From IMG/VR virus record IMGVR_UViG_3300027734_000072, positions 1 through 61,013 of that record: a stretch of DNA of 61,013 bases; one strand, given 5' to 3'. Of this stretch, positions 37,066 to 48,330 are shown piece by piece. How positions within the stretch are numbered: position 1 is the stretch's first letter; every line of letters starts with the position of its first letter. A program made the translations under genes and the position numbers. The notes below the pieces were generated by a model. It ran no database searches. It was not told the origin of the DNA and worked only from the letters and a program-made list of their open reading frames with translations. This stretch comes from a virus (Duplodnaviria > Caudoviricetes).

Positions 37066-38724
37066 TTGAGTTACTTAGGCGCCAAACCACTTACATCAGA
37101 ATATTACTACGACACCTTTAGAGGTGACGGATCAACTGTTGGTTTTGTAACCACAATTGCACCAGCATCACCTGTTTCGGTGCTTGTTATTATTGATGGA
37201 AACATTGTAGATCCTGAAGCTTATTTCTTTGAAGAAAATAATATTTACTTCTTAACCGCTCCTGCTAATAATAAAGTTATTCAACTAAGATATCTTGCTG
37301 TGCCATCTTCTGGTGTTGCTGCACCATATACCTATCGTGGTATCAATGAGTTTATTGCTACAGAAGGTCAAACAGATTTTGCTGTAAGATTTTATGACTT
37401 AGGTTATATTGATGTCTATGTGAACGGTTCACAACTAGGTAATGATGACTACCAAGCATCTGACGGTAACAATGTTATATTACAAACAGCGGCTCGTAAA
37501 GGTGACTTAGTAAGAATTGTTTCAGCATACAATACTGTATTGACAAGAAGCACACTTAACGCCACACCAAATACAGTTATCATAGGTAATGGATTAGATT
37601 CTCATAGAGAGATTTATGCTGGTTCTAGTGGTAATCTATTGACTTCAAACGGAATAAATTGGATCTCTTCAAATGTTATTAGTGGCAGTATCACAATCAC
37701 TAATAATTTAAGTGTTAGTGGTAATTTAACCGTTACTGGTAATTTAACTTCAATTTCAGCCAACAATCTTGTTATTGATGACACTATCATCTATCTCGCC
37801 AACAATAATTCTGCCAATGTAAATGACATTGGTTTTGCTGGTCATTTTACTGATTCAAAATATCAACATACTGGATTAATTCGTGATGCTTCAGATGGTA
37901 CATGGAAACTTTTTAGTAATGTGTCTCCAGAACCAACAGGAACAATTGATTTTAGTACCGCTGTTTATGATACATTAAAATTAGGTATCATACAAACGGA
38001 TATAGCAACTGTCAATAATGTGAATTTAGGTCCGTATACTCAATCTGCTTTTGATAAAGCCAATACTGGTGTAAGTGATGCTTCTTCAGCATCTTCTTAT
38101 GCCAATACCGGTATTAACAATGCGGCTTCTGCAAGTTTGTATGCCAATACAGGTATTAACAATGCGGCTAGTGCTTCATTGTATGCTAATACTGGTATTA
38201 ACAATGCGGCTAGTGCTTCATTGTATGCTAATACTGGTATTAACAATGCAAACTCTGCTAGTTTATATGCTAATACTGGTATTAACAATGCAGCTTCAGC
38301 ATCTCTATATGCCAACAATGCAATCAACAATGCAGCTAGTGCTTCATCATACGCCAACGTAGCAATTAACAATGCGGCTTCAGCAAGTGCATGTGCAAAT
38401 ACAGTTCCACAAAAAGCAACATCAAACAATTACAGTTTAATTCTTACCGATACAGGTAAACACCTATACTATGAAACGGCAGCAAATAATTTTTTATATA
38501 TTCCTGACAACGGTAGAGTTGGTTGGGCAGTAGGAACAACAATCATGATTGTTTCAAAAATGACAACAGGGAATGTAATAGTATCTCCAAATGCTAACGT
38601 TTCTATGTATCTTGCTGGTAACAGTACACCCATCTCACGAAATGTAAACACTTTTGGTGTGGCAACTCTTTTGAATACGGGTGCAAACACTTGGTTTATT
38701 AGTGGTTTTGGAATAGGTAACTAA
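37066..38724 (+). CDS. Tail fibre-like protein with 14-aa tandem repeats
   Basis: TTG start; GDGST-F and ATEGQT-F modules; RDASDG-WKLF. Confidence 0.72.
   Translation: MSYLGAKPLTSEYYYDTFRGDGSTVGFVTTIAPASPVSVLVIIDGNIVDPEAYFFEENNIYFLTAPANNKVIQLRYLAVPSSGVAAPYTYRGINEFIATEGQTDFAVRFYDLGYIDVYVNGSQLGNDDYQASDGNNVILQTAARKGDLVRIVSAYNTVLTRSTLNATPNTVIIGNGLDSHREIYAGSSGNLLTSNGINWISSNVISGSITITNNLSVSGNLTVTGNLTSISANNLVIDDTIIYLANNNSANVNDIGFAGHFTDSKYQHTGLIRDASDGTWKLFSNVSPEPTGTIDFSTAVYDTLKLGIIQTDIATVNNVNLGPYTQSAFDKANTGVSDASSASSYANTGINNAASASLYANTGINNAASASLYANTGINNAASASLYANTGINNANSASLYANTGINNAASASLYANNAINNAASASSYANVAINNAASASACANTVPQKATSNNYSLILTDTGKHLYYETAANNFLYIPDNGRVGWAVGTTIMIVSKMTTGNVIVSPNANVSMYLAGNSTPISRNVNTFGVATLLNTGANTWFISGFGIGN
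38059..38394 (+). repeat. Eight 42-bp tandem units encoding ANTGINNAASASLY
   Basis: Visible in both DNA and protein; terminal units degenerate. Confidence 0.92.
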
Positions 38725-38732
38725 TGTTCAAA

Positions 38733-38740
38733 ACTAAATA
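38733..38740 (+). promoter_or_regulatory. Late promoter ACTAAATA
   Basis: Intergenic, before a GAGGA SD. Confidence 0.5.
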
Positions 38741-38756
38741 CCAATAAGAGGATACG

Positions 38757-39080
38757 ATGCCAGCTTTATATAACAACCTGTATATTGAACAAGGTTCAAC
38801 ATATAATACTACAATCATAATTGATGGTATTGGTGCTTTGACTGGTAATTCTTCTAGTCAAATTCGTAAAACTTATAACTCTTCAAATACAACCGCTACA
38901 TTTCAAACGACTGTTAGCACACTAAATAATACAATTACATTACAATTGAGTTCTAATGTAACATCTAATATTGTTCCTGGTCGTTATGTTTATGATGCTA
39001 TTGTGAGAAATAGTGCAAACAATACTTCAATAAGAGTATTGGAAGGTATCGTTGATGTTTCTCCTTCCGTAACAAGGTAA
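38757..39080 (+). CDS. Small virion protein (possible Ig-like fibre attachment protein)
   Basis: NL-IEQG-T, GRYVYD, RVLEG-V-V-P-VT pattern. Confidence 0.65.
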   Translation: MPALYNNLYIEQGSTYNTTIIIDGIGALTGNSSSQIRKTYNSSNTTATFQTTVSTLNNTITLQLSSNVTSNIVPGRYVYDAIVRNSANNTSIRVLEGIVDVSPSVTR

Positions 39081-39084
39081 AAAA

Positions 39085-41898
39085 ATGGCCACTAACGCAT
39101 TCGATCAAGCAAATTTAGCATTCGCACAAGCCAATTCAGCTTACACACAAGCTAATGCCGCCTTTAATAAAGCAAATACAGTTTCTAGTTCTTCTGGTAC
39201 TTTCACCGTTGGTGACGATTTAGTTGTTACTAATAATGTTTCTGTTGGCGGTTACATTGTACCCGTTGAGATTGGTCAAAACATTGGTAATGTGGACTAC
39301 AGATGGTACAACCTCTATATGGATGGTGGTATCTACGCTGATGGTTCTTTTGGTAATCCAGGACAAATTCTTTCTAGTAGTGACTACGGAACATTAAAGT
39401 GGATTGATGCACCATCAGGTAATACTGGTGGTGGAGGTGGTGGTACTGTTGATTCTTATGCTAGAGCAACTGCTAATATTGCATCATCAACAGCACAAGC
39501 GGCTTTCAATAAAGCAAATACAGCCGGTGCATCAAGTACAGATGCTTATGCCAGAAATACGGCTAACACAGCTTACAATAATACAATTGTAATTCAAGCA
39601 GTAAATGTAACACAAAACACCAGAATTACTACTGTACAGACAACAGCACAGGCGGCTTTTGATAAAGCAAATAATGTAAGTGCTTTATCTGGTGCTACTG
39701 GTGTTGCGGGTGCTTCGGGCATTTCAGGCGCCACAGGTATTCGAGGTGCTTCTGGTGTTGCGGGTGCTTCAGGTTTTATTGGGTCTAATGGTGCTACTGG
39801 TGTTCAAGGTGCTTCAGGTGTTAACGGTGCTACTGGCGCTGGTCTTTCTGGCGCTACAGGTATTCAAGGTGCTACTGGTGTTGCAGGTGCCGCTGGTGCT
39901 ACAGGTACCCCTGGTAATGACGGTACTCCGGGTATTGATGGTGCTACAGGTGCTGGTCTTACTGGTGCTACAGGTATTCGAGGTGCTACTGGCGTTCAAG
40001 GTGCTTCGGGTGTTGGTGCTACTGGTGTTGGTGTTCAAGGTGCTTCGGGTAGTGTTGGTCTTACTGGTGCTAGCGGTGCTGGTCTTACTGGTGCTACTGG
40101 TACTGCAGGACGAAGCGGCGCAAGGAATTTTGGAGTAACAAATAGCGGAGCTTCTGCTTATACTATTGATGGTGCTAGTAATCCAACATTATTCTTATTA
40201 CGTGGATTCACTTATACATTTACTGTAGATGCGTTTGGTCATCCATTCTGGATTCAATCGGTTTCTGGAGCATATAGTGTTGGTGATATTTACAATACTG
40301 GAGTAACTGCCAACGGAAATCAAGGTGGTGTCATAACTTTTGCAGTACCGTTTGATGCTCCTAGTACACTATATTATGTTTGTCAGTTCCATCCGTCAAT
40401 GGCAGGTACAATTAATATTGGTGATGCTTCTCCTCAAGGTGCTTCAGGTCCTTCTGGTGCCACAGGTTCTCAAGGTGTTCAAGGTGCTTCAGGTGTTGGC
40501 GCTACAGGTGCTGGTGTTGCTGGTGCTACCGGTTCAGCAGGTACTAATGGTGCTTCAGGTGCCAATGGTGCTGATGGTGCTACCGGTCCTGCAGGTGCTA
40601 ATGGTGTTGATGGTGCCTCTGGTGTTGCCGGTGCTACAGGTGCTGGTGTTTCTGGTGCCACGGGTACAGTTGGTTTAACTGGTGCAACAGGAACAAACAA
40701 CTTAGTTTGGGGTGCCACAGGTACAACAAGAACATTAACAGGTTATGTTGAGAATGGTACAACATCAACAGTTCGTACTGCAGCAATTACGGGTGGTGTT
40801 CTGTCATTAACATTGGCAACATTTACTCCATCAGTTAGTGCAGTTGCTTTGGCATCTTCTTCATTGAATTGGGATGTGGCATGCACAGGATTTACAGCTA
40901 CAGCAGATAATCCATCCGATGTTGTTGATCAATATGTTAGTAGTGTTGCTTCGATTGCTCAAGTATCCGGTTCAATAGCTACAACATTAGGAAACTACTC
41001 AGCTGGTTCTTACACAAATACACCGGCAGGTGGTGTAGATTGGAGTATTAGTTACACCCCAAACAATTCTACTTCTTATATTCGTTCCACTTCTACAACC
41101 ATTACTGGTGGTTCAGCAAGTGGTACAATTACTTTCAACTATTACAATGGTTCTTCATTCACAACATGGGGTACTACAGCATCATTTAGTGTAACATGGG
41201 CTACACCAACTCACAGTATCTCTTTAGGTTCATTGACTGGTAGCACATTCTTACAAACATATAATAGTGTATCATACACAGTATCAGGTACAGGTATTAC
41301 AACCTCAGCTAACAGAGTGTATGCTGTAACAGCAACTGGTGGTACAGTAAGTAGTGGCACAGGTTCAGGAACATTTACGTTTACTACACCAATTCACAAA
41401 GACAATACTGCTACATCAAGATACACAACTCTTACAACCACATTAACAAGACCAGTTGCCGTTACTGGTACTTCTTATACTGTAACTCTAGGTCCTACAA
41501 ATACTTCAAGTGCGTCAGCATCATTTACATACCCATCATATTGGTTGTGGACTGCAAGTGTTGCTACAGTACCTACAAGAGCAGATATTATTAACGGCAC
41601 AGGTGTTGAAAGTGGTGTTACTGTCCTAGGTGACCAAGTTAAAGCACTTACCACACAAGCAATAAATAATACAGATCCAAATCCAAGAGCATTTTGGTTT
41701 GCCGTAAGAACATCAGCATCACAACCTACAACATTCAAAACTGGCGCAAGTGCTGGTTTATTAAGTGACGTTTCATATACAGATGCTGGTTCAATTGGTC
41801 TAGAACCCGATTCTCCTCCAGCCAGTTACACTGCTGAGAATTATCATCTATATGGATTTACTTTACAACCCGGAACAACTTATGTGAGTATCTCTTAA
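39085..41898 (+). CDS. Collagen-like fibre protein with cupredoxin-like insert
   Basis: AF-KAN coiled-coil repeats, G-X-Y tracts, GHPF...[10 protein letters not shown]. Confidence 0.75.
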   Translation: MATNAFDQANLAFAQANSAYTQANAAFNKANTVSSSSGTFTVGDDLVVTNNVSVGGYIVPVEIGQNIGNVDYRWYNLYMDGGIYADGSFGNPGQILSSSDYGTLKWIDAPSGNTGGGGGGTVDSYARATANIASSTAQAAFNKANTAGASSTDAYARNTANTAYNNTIVIQAVNVTQNTRITTVQTTAQAAFDKANNVSALSGATGVAGASGISGATGIRGASGVAGASGFIGSNGATGVQGASGVNGATGAGLSGATGIQGATGVAGAAGATGTPGNDGTPGIDGATGAGLTGATGIRGATGVQGASGVGATGVGVQGASGSVGLTGASGAGLTGATGTAGRSGARNFGVTNSGASAYTIDGASNPTLFLLRGFTYTFTVDAFGHPFWIQSVSGAYSVGDIYNTGVTANGNQGGVITFAVPFDAPSTLYYVCQFHPSMAGTINIGDASPQGASGPSGATGSQGVQGASGVGATGAGVAGATGSAGTNGASGANGADGATGPAGANGVDGASGVAGATGAGVSGATGTVGLTGATGTNNLVWGATGTTRTLTGYVENGTTSTVRTAAITGGVLSLTLATFTPSVSAVALASSSLNWDVACTGFTATADNPSDVVDQYVSSVASIAQVSGSIATTLGNYSAGSYTNTPAGGVDWSISYTPNNSTSYIRSTSTTITGGSASGTITFNYYNGSSFTTWGTTASFSVTWATPTHSISLGSLTGSTFLQTYNSVSYTVSGTGITTSANRVYAVTATGGTVSSGTGSGTFTFTTPIHKDNTATSRYTTLTTTLTRPVAVTGTSYTVTLGPTNTSSASASFTYPSYWLWTASVATVPTRADIINGTGVESGVTVLGDQVKALTTQAINNTDPNPRAFWFAVRTSASQPTTFKTGASAGLLSDVSYTDAGSIGLEPDSPPASYTAENYHLYGFTLQPGTTYVSIS

Positions 41899-42815
41899 TG
41901 TCAAGCAACTACGATGGTTTAACAAGAAATGTATGGCCTGGTACCTGGAGTACCGGTACTAATGCGCCTATTGCTCTCGACACAGAGCTTAGAGGTACAC
42001 TACAAAGTATTAGTGGTGGATCGGGAGATAAATTAACAGATATTCCTGGTGCAAGAATCCAAGAAGGTATGTTGGTGTATCTAAAAACAGGATACACAGC
42101 AGGCGGATACACAAGAGCTAGTGATACATACTTCACTTATAAATTGGCTGGCGGTGAATCTCGCAGTGCAATTACTGGTGCAGTACCTAATGCCGAAGCC
42201 AATTGGTCTGAAGTATCTTTTGCTGGCGGTGCACCAACGGTTACAACAGTTACTACATCAGCTAACAACACAAATGAAACAATAGTTGATACTCTTGATC
42301 CAGCAACCGTAAGAAGTGTTCATTACGAAGCACAAGTAAGTTGTGGTTCACAGTATCAAGCAACTCAAATGAGATTATTAATAAGTGAGCCTAATGCTTT
42401 TCTTACCGAATATGCTATGATTGGTTCTTCATTAGGCAATTTTAATTCCTATTATTCACCAGCAACCAATAACTATTCTGGTGGAAATATAAATAATGGT
42501 GGAGCTTCATTGTGGAACGGTACAAACTTTAGAGTGTATACTTCTAATAATACTGTACAGTTGGCTTTGTTATCAGCCAATACAGGAACAGTTATAACTG
42601 GTGTAGATAGTGCTTCAGGTGCTTATACAGCCACATTGGCCAGTTCATTCACAGAAATAAGTACAAACAGATACGAGGCAACTACAACAACCAACCAAAG
42701 TCCATCAAAATTATTGAATAGCGTAGTATGGACAGGTACAGGTAACGTAGAATTGAGATTTACACCTGATAATATTTTAACAACAGTTAAGTTTATAGCA
42801 ACAACAATTTCATAA
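41898..42815 (+). CDS. Virion protein with interrupted C-terminal TEYA module
   Basis: Shares the D-R-Y-Q...TEYA...TP module with 42858 and 45184. Confidence 0.65.
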   Translation: MSSNYDGLTRNVWPGTWSTGTNAPIALDTELRGTLQSISGGSGDKLTDIPGARIQEGMLVYLKTGYTAGGYTRASDTYFTYKLAGGESRSAITGAVPNAEANWSEVSFAGGAPTVTTVTTSANNTNETIVDTLDPATVRSVHYEAQVSCGSQYQATQMRLLISEPNAFLTEYAMIGSSLGNFNSYYSPATNNYSGGNINNGGASLWNGTNFRVYTSNNTVQLALLSANTGTVITGVDSASGAYTATLASSFTEISTNRYEATTTTNQSPSKLLNSVVWTGTGNVELRFTPDNILTTVKFIATTIS

Positions 42816-42818
42816 ATA
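42811..42818 (+). promoter_or_regulatory. Late promoter CATAAATA
   Basis: Upstream of the collagen fibre gene. Confidence 0.6.
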
Positions 42819-42857
42819 GAATAATAGCACAAACACCACCATCTAGGAGATACAACT

Positions 42858-45149
42858 GTGGCAACCAATAATTCAAAATTCGTAGTTAAAAACGGTCTAT
42901 CCGTAGGTAACGGTGCAACCGGTCCAATAGATGTCCTTGACGCAAGCGGTAACTGGATAGGATCTTCTGGTGTAACTGGTCCCCAAGGTTCTACTGGTGC
43001 CACAGGTTATACTGGTGCCACAGGTTATACTGGTGCTACTGGTATTTCTGGTGCTACAGGTATTCAAGGTGCTTCTGGTGCCACAGGTATTGAAGGTGCT
43101 ACAGGTTATACTGGTGCCACGGGTGTTCAAGGTGCTTCAGGCGTACAAGGTGCTACTGGTATTCAAGGTGCTTCTGGTGCTACCGGTTTTGCTGGTGCTA
43201 CAGGTATTGCTGGTGCTACAGGACAAACGGGTGCTACGGGTGTACAAGGTGCTACAGGTTCCAAAGGTGATGACGGTGCTACTGGTTACCAAGGTGATCA
43301 AGGTGCTTCAGGTGCTACTGGTGCTGCTGGTCTCGATGGTGACAAATACAATACAACATCAACAACAACATTAACATTAGATGATTATTCTGTTGCACAA
43401 GAACTTACACTTTTTACAACAGATTTAAATTTAGATTATAGTCCACAACAGACTGTAATTGTTGTTGCTACTGCAAATGTTGCAGTTCATATTCATGGTA
43501 CTGTAAGCTCTTACAATCAAGGTAGTGGCGAATTAAAATTAACTATTACAAATATTGATAACGTAGATGCTACTGCACGATCATCATGGACAGTTAACTT
43601 AGATGGTGCTGTTGGTGTACAAGGTGCAACCGGTCCAACTGGTGGTACAGGTGTTCAAGGTGCTTCTGGCGCTACAGGTACTCAAGGTGCTAGTGGTTCA
43701 ACTGGAGCACAAGGTGCTAGCGGTTCAACTGGAGCAGTTGGTGCTACAGGTAATCAAGGCAATCAAGGTGCTTCGGGCATTCAAGGTGTTCAAGGTGCTT
43801 CAGGCGCCACAGGTGCTGCAGGTGCTACCGGCGTTCAAGGTGCTTCTGGCGCTACAGGTGCTGTAGGTGCTACTGGTGTAGTTGGCGCTTCAGGTGCTAC
43901 AGGTGCCAATGGTACTGATGGTGCTAGTGGTATCACAGGTCCTGTTGGTGCTTCAGGCGCTACAGGTGCTCAAGGTTTTCAAGGTGCTTCTGGTGTACAA
44001 GGCGCTTCAGGTGCTACTGGCCTAATTGGTGCAACCGGTCTAACAGGTGCCACAGGTTCTGCCGGTACTAATGGCGCTTCTGGTGCCACAGGTGCTGATG
44101 GTGCAACTGGTCTAACAGGTGCTACTGGTGTTCAAGGTGCTACTGGTGTTCAAGGTGCTTCAGGCGCCACAGGTGCTAATGGTGCTACAGGCCACACAGG
44201 TGCTACTGGTGTTCGGGGTGCTTCTGGTGCTACAGGTTCTGATGGTGCTACAGGTTACACAGGTGCTACGGGTATTGGTGGTGCTTCAGGTGCTCGAGGT
44301 GATTTATATGCGACAACATCAGGTTCAACATTCACAATTGGTGGATCAGGAAACATTGCATTAACTATTGCTGCTTCTGATCTTTCTTATTCGATTGGTC
44401 AAACAATTATTGTTGGATCTGTTGTTTCTCCAGCAAATTGGCAATTAGGTACTGTAGTAAGTTATGTTGGTACAACTCTTACATTTGCTAAAACAACTTA
44501 TGTTGGTTCTGGTGAATTCAGTAGTTGGACAGTTAACTTAGATGGTGCTCAAGGTGTTCAAGGTGCTTCTGGTGCTGATGGTGTTCAAGGTGCCACAGGT
44601 TACACAGGTGCTACCGGCGTACAAGGTGCTTCTGGTTCGACTGGACCACAAGGTGCTTCTGGCGCTACGGGTTCTCAAGGTGATCAAGGCTCTACTGGAC
44701 CAACAGGTGCTACCGGTATTCAAGGCGCTAGTGGATCGACTGGACCAACAGGCGCTACAGGTTACCAAGGTGCTTCAGGTGCTACCGGTTCACAAGGTGC
44801 TTCGGGTTCAACAGGATTAACTGGTGCTACTGGTACCGGTTTAACACAAGATACTGCAGCATTAACAACAACAGTAGGTAATCAAACAATTGATTCGTAT
44901 GATGCTACTGTATACAGAACTGCCAAGTATATCATTCAAGCTACACATTCAGGTGAAGTACATTCAACAGAAGTTATTGTGACACATAATGGTACTGATG
45001 CTTCTGTAACTGAATATGCCACCATGTACTCAACGGATTCATTAATGATTGTATCAGCAAATTACAATACTGGTATTGTTTATGTTAAAGTTACTCCAAC
45101 ATACACAAATACAACTATCGACTTCTTGCGTGAAGCAGTGTTAGCTTAA
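42858..45149 (+). CDS. Collagen-like fibre protein
   Basis: GTG start after AGGAG; KNGL N-motif; long GAT/GAS/GVQ tracts; two W-VNLDG globular inserts. Confidence 0.8.
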   Translation: MATNNSKFVVKNGLSVGNGATGPIDVLDASGNWIGSSGVTGPQGSTGATGYTGATGYTGATGISGATGIQGASGATGIEGATGYTGATGVQGASGVQGATGIQGASGATGFAGATGIAGATGQTGATGVQGATGSKGDDGATGYQGDQGASGATGAAGLDGDKYNTTSTTTLTLDDYSVAQELTLFTTDLNLDYSPQQTVIVVATANVAVHIHGTVSSYNQGSGELKLTITNIDNVDATARSSWTVNLDGAVGVQGATGPTGGTGVQGASGATGTQGASGSTGAQGASGSTGAVGATGNQGNQGASGIQGVQGASGATGAAGATGVQGASGATGAVGATGVVGASGATGANGTDGASGITGPVGASGATGAQGFQGASGVQGASGATGLIGATGLTGATGSAGTNGASGATGADGATGLTGATGVQGATGVQGASGATGANGATGHTGATGVRGASGATGSDGATGYTGATGIGGASGARGDLYATTSGSTFTIGGSGNIALTIAASDLSYSIGQTIIVGSVVSPANWQLGTVVSYVGTTLTFAKTTYVGSGEFSSWTVNLDGAQGVQGASGADGVQGATGYTGATGVQGASGSTGPQGASGATGSQGDQGSTGPTGATGIQGASGSTGPTGATGYQGASGATGSQGASGSTGLTGATGTGLTQDTAALTTTVGNQTIDSYDATVYRTAKYIIQATHSGEVHSTEVIVTHNGTDASVTEYATMYSTDSLMIVSANYNTGIVYVKVTPTYTNTTIDFLREAVLA

Positions 45150-45183
45150 TAAAAAATAAAAACAATAATTTAGGAGACTGCTT

Positions 45184-48100
45184 GTGTCAACGAATGATAT
45201 AAAATTTAATGTCAAAAATGGATTGGCGGTTGGCAGTAATGGTGCTGTAGTAATCGATAGTTCTGGTCAATGGGTTAGTGTTCCTGGTGCCACAGGATCT
45301 CCTTATGGTGCTACTGGTGCTGTAGGTTCTCAAGGTGTTACTGGTGGCCAAGGCGATACGGGCACTACAGGTACTACTGGTCAAGTTGGTAATCAAGGAC
45401 TTGTAGGCTCTATTGGTACGACCGGCAATCTTGGCACAACAGGACAAACCGGCAATACTGGCACAACTGGTGGTGTTGGTCTTAATGGTTATGAAGGTCC
45501 GATTGGTGCTAATGGAACTCAAGGTGTTACAGGTGTTACAGGTACCAATGGTGTAACTGGTAATCAAGGAGATATAGGTCTAACAGGTACAAATGGTCTA
45601 GCTGGTAATATAGGTACATTCGGTGCCACAGGTCCTGCCGGTGATCAAGGATACCAAGGCACTCATGGTGCAAGATATCATACAACTTCAACAACAACTT
45701 TAAATTTAACAACAGGCGCTACAGGCGTTACAGTTGTTGATGACTATTTAAATTATTCTGTTGGTCAAACAATTTTATTGGCAACTGCTGGTGGTAAACA
45801 CATTCATGCTACTGTCACCAACTTTAACTCTGGCACAAAAATATTAGCATTTACTCCAATTGATCATGTTGGTACAGGTACAGGAAGTTCGTGGGAAATT
45901 AACCTTGATGGTGCAGAAGGTGCTGCTGGTGCAACTGGTATTACCGGTTACAATGGTGCTACAGGTGCCACAGGTTCTATAGGTACACAAGGTGTCAATG
46001 GTGCTCAAGGTACTACTGGTGATATTGGCACACAAGGTACAGTAGGACCTACAGGTGATCAAGGTATACAAGGTGCTTCTGGTGCTCAAGGCCTTACTGG
46101 TACTGACGGTACAGGAAAAATAATTACTGTTGGTGGTACACATGTAGGTGCAAACAGTTACACAGGATTCTTTTATAATGAATTGCTTAATGGTTCAGAC
46201 CCATATGGCGGACAAATAAGTTTATTTGATGTGCAAGTAGGTTGGTTGGCATATGGTCCAGGAGTAAATAATGTTCCTGTTACATCTCTTGATTTTGGTA
46301 ATAACAACATCACAATTGATTCATCATATAGTCAACAATTTCAAATAGGTGAAAGTTATACTTTTACCGGTGCAAGTATCAGGACTTTAAATAGAGGTTT
46401 CAGAGGACCAACAGGTGCCACAGGTATTGCAGGTTCTAATGGCACTCAAGGTGATCAAGGTATACAAGGCGCTTCAGGATCTATTGGTTTAACGGGTGCT
46501 ACTGGTATCTTTGGTGCTACCGGTCTACAAGGCGGTGATGGTTCAGGTGCACCAGCCGCAACACATTACTTTGGTACTGCTTGGTCTGACATGGCTTTTA
46601 CTGGAAGTGCTACAGGTGTTCCAGTACCAAAACTAGAGTTTACAAACACCGAACCAATTTATGCTCTCTTAAATGCTTTAAGTATTGGTAGTATTATAAC
46701 TATTGATTTTACACACGGTACTGGTGGTCAAACATTTCCACAAACAGTAACGATTCAGAGTGGAGTTCAATCTGGCGGTTCATATGCACCGTTTTTCATA
46801 CAAGTAAGTGCTGAACCAGGTGGAAGTTCAAGTAATTTCTTTGTTTCAAATTCATCAGTATTAGACAATATAGTTTTTACTACAGATGCAACAAATAAAG
46901 GTTACACAGGTGCTACTGGTGTTGATGGTGCTCAAGGCGGTGTTGGTAATGCCGGTTATAATGCAGATCAACTAACTACAGGTAATGCTCGTGGTGCATG
47001 GGATGCGTACACAACATACTATCCAGGTGATATTGTAGTTACTATTCCGGCCGATTCACACAGATGTATAGCAGAAAATACAGGTTTTTATCCAGATAGT
47101 TATCCAGAATATTGGGTGTGGACAGCTTGGGCTGGTGCAAGTGGTGCCACAGGTTATCTAGGTGCTACCGGTGCAGTTGGTACTAACGGCGCTTCAGGTC
47201 CTACTGGTGATCAAGGTGATATAGGTACTAATGGTGATCAAGGTATCAATGGTTCTATTGGTACTAACGGCGCTTCAGGTCCAACCGGTGCCAATGGTGA
47301 TCAAGGTATTAATGGTGATGTAGGTACGAATGGTGCTTCAGGTCCTACAGGTGGAACTGGTACAGATGGTGCCACAGGTTATCATGGCCTACAATTTAAA
47401 GCAACTGCCAATGGTAATTTTTCAATATCAGCTGTAGGTACGAATCAGTTAGCAGTTCCTTTCCTTGCTGATCCCGATTCAGGTAACACATTCTACAACT
47501 ACTCTGTTGGTCAAGGCATTGTTATGTCTAAAGATATCAACAACTATATGTTGGGTGATATTACAGCAACAGACGGAACATATATTGATTTCGTTGTAAC
47601 TAGATCCGTAGGTACTGCTTCAGGTGTAAGTGGTTGGGTAATTAACCTTGATGGTTCAGTAGGTATCGTTGGTGCTTCTGGCGCTACAGGACATATTGGT
47701 GCTACAGGTGTCACAGGTAATAACGGCACACAAGGTGTTGTTGGCGATCAAGGTGCTACTGGTGCTGATGGTGCTCAAGGTTATAAAGGTTCTACAGGTG
47801 CTACTGGTGTAACAGGTAATACTGGTGACCAAGGTATCAATGGTGCTCAAGGTACTGTTGGTAATATTGGTAATACCGGTATTATTGGTGACCAAGGTAC
47901 TCAAGGTATTAATGGTGCTTCAGGTGTTACAGGTATAAAAGGTTTCAGCCTTGTTACCGGTTCAACTGGATTATCTACAACATCATTAACAACAATTGAT
48001 ATGTTTGCTGCTGATGCAATTGGCACTGCTAAGTATCTTGTTCAAGGTGTTGATGGTTCAACCAACGTTCAAGCAACACAAGTTATTCTTACACAAAATA

Positions 48101-48267
48101 ATTCAAGTGTATTTTTAACTGAGTATGCTACACTAAGAACCGGTAGTAAAGTTATGGATGTAACTGCTACAACAGACGGTTCAATCATATCACTCAAAGT
48201 AACTCCAACAACTTCAAATACAACATTCTCATTTGTTCGAGAAGATGTTGTTGGTCGTATTGGATAA
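45184..48267 (+). CDS. Collagen-like fibre protein
   Basis: GTG start after AGGAG; KNGL N-motif; G-X-Y tracts; W-INLDG inserts; CBM5/12-like W-rich module. Confidence 0.8.
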   Translation: MSTNDIKFNVKNGLAVGSNGAVVIDSSGQWVSVPGATGSPYGATGAVGSQGVTGGQGDTGTTGTTGQVGNQGLVGSIGTTGNLGTTGQTGNTGTTGGVGLNGYEGPIGANGTQGVTGVTGTNGVTGNQGDIGLTGTNGLAGNIGTFGATGPAGDQGYQGTHGARYHTTSTTTLNLTTGATGVTVVDDYLNYSVGQTILLATAGGKHIHATVTNFNSGTKILAFTPIDHVGTGTGSSWEINLDGAEGAAGATGITGYNGATGATGSIGTQGVNGAQGTTGDIGTQGTVGPTGDQGIQGASGAQGLTGTDGTGKIITVGGTHVGANSYTGFFYNELLNGSDPYGGQISLFDVQVGWLAYGPGVNNVPVTSLDFGNNNITIDSSYSQQFQIGESYTFTGASIRTLNRGFRGPTGATGIAGSNGTQGDQGIQGASGSIGLTGATGIFGATGLQGGDGSGAPAATHYFGTAWSDMAFTGSATGVPVPKLEFTNTEPIYALLNALSIGSIITIDFTHGTGGQTFPQTVTIQSGVQSGGSYAPFFIQVSAEPGGSSSNFFVSNSSVLDNIVFTTDATNKGYTGATGVDGAQGGVGNAGYNADQLTTGNARGAWDAYTTYYPGDIVVTIPADSHRCIAENTGFYPDSYPEYWVWTAWAGASGATGYLGATGAVGTNGASGPTGDQGDIGTNGDQGINGSIGTNGASGPTGANGDQGINGDVGTNGASGPTGGTGTDGATGYHGLQFKATANGNFSISAVGTNQLAVPFLADPDSGNTFYNYSVGQGIVMSKDINNYMLGDITATDGTYIDFVVTRSVGTASGVSGWVINLDGSVGIVGASGATGHIGATGVTGNNGTQGVVGDQGATGADGAQGYKGSTGATGVTGNTGDQGINGAQGTVGNIGNTGIIGDQGTQGINGASGVTGIKGFSLVTGSTGLSTTSLTTIDMFAADAIGTAKYLVQGVDGSTNVQATQVILTQNNSSVFLTEYATLRTGSKVMDVTATTDGSIISLKVTPTTSNTTFSFVREDVVGRIG

Positions 48268-48272
48268 AATCA

Positions 48273-48320
48273 CCTATGGTTATTGATAAATAACCTATAA
48301 CAATTCGATTAACCATGGGG
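48273..48320 (+). promoter_or_regulatory. SD-sequestering hairpin enclosing late promoter GATAAATA (48285-48292)
   Basis: CCTATGGTTA pairs with TAACCATGGG, which covers the GGGG SD. Confidence 0.55.
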
Positions 48321-48330
48321 AAAATGAACC

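Noticed and set aside
38059-38394. 42-bp repeats as a CRISPR array
   Set aside because: No spacers; in-frame coding repeat with synonymous variation
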